A stretch of DNA of 64,000 nucleotides from Microcoleus sp. (GTDB lineage: Bacteria > Cyanobacteriota > Cyanobacteriia > Cyanobacteriales > Microcoleaceae): contig JAYFMW010000017.1 in assembly GCA_042408215.1 (NCBI GenBank), positions 1 through 64,000 on the forward strand, written 5' to 3'. Shown piece after piece: positions 63,607 through 64,000 of the stretch. Numbering within the stretch: position 1 is the first letter of the stretch; each line of letters begins with the position of its first letter. Below the pieces are notes generated by a model. That model was not told the DNA's origin and did not search any database. It saw only the letters and a program-made list of their open reading frames with translations. A program made the position numbers and the translations under genes.

Positions 63607-64000
63607 TGTGGGGAGTAGTCAATAACACCGAAATTCATTTTAGCATTATTTATGGTTGGGTGGGGGCGGGTTTTTGAGATTGTTTGTTTCAGGCGATTAT
63701 TGTTGGTGAACCCGCCCCTAGGAAACCATATTTTGTAGCACCAGTTTGTAAGGTGCGTCAGCTTCTAGTTGCTAGACGATCAACGATCATACTCTGCTGA
63801 CGCACCTTACGGGAATTACTATCGCGTGTTTTTAAACCCGGAGATCCCCCCTAACCCCCCTTAAGAAGGGGGGGACAAGAGCCTTCAAAGTCAACCGCTA
63901 CTCACACCCTACTCCCTTATTAAGGGGGATGCGAGGGGGATCGAGACTCGGCTACAACCGTTGTTAAATTGCGATCATTTAGGTGCTTTTTTCTGGGCTG

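Noticed and set aside
1..64000. tRNA or rRNA genes
   Set aside because: No cloverleaf or rRNA signatures recognised by eye; tRNAscan-SE would be needed to exclude them.

Overview
Chromosomal window from a filamentous cyanobacterium (Oscillatoriales-like: frequent HIP1 GCGATCGC sites, heptamer STRR tracts, REP/MITE hairpins). Bases 1-8261 look like the right arm of a large cargo-carrying mobile element (serine resolvase, 27-bp VNTR protein, extra HU, Zn-ribbon protein, hypotheticals) that ends in an IS110-family recombinase. Directly upstream of the recombinase is a two-loop RNA (6852-7020) with bridge-RNA architecture. Its guide segments match both sides of the junction at 8260-8261 and predict a target (ATAA-TG-AAAA) that is the antisense of D-F-H-Y codons; the adjacent tnpB is truncated exactly after D-F-H. 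This suggests an RNA-guided integrative element that parasitises IS200/IS605 tnpB genes. The rest holds ispH, an intact rearranged-RuvC tnpB, a Wzy-dependent exopolysaccharide locus (wzc, wza, wzy-like, wzx, many glycosyltransferases, PEP-CTERM), aspA, a WD40 protein, a TpsB transporter, a stand-alone IscB-type omega-RNA mini-element, a TnpB-type omega-RNA mini-element, a frameshifted transglutaminase-like gene, pmgA, asnS, an M16 peptidase pair, TetR, a cbiG fragment and many MITEs. All calls come from reading the sequence by eye; no searches or folding programs were run.
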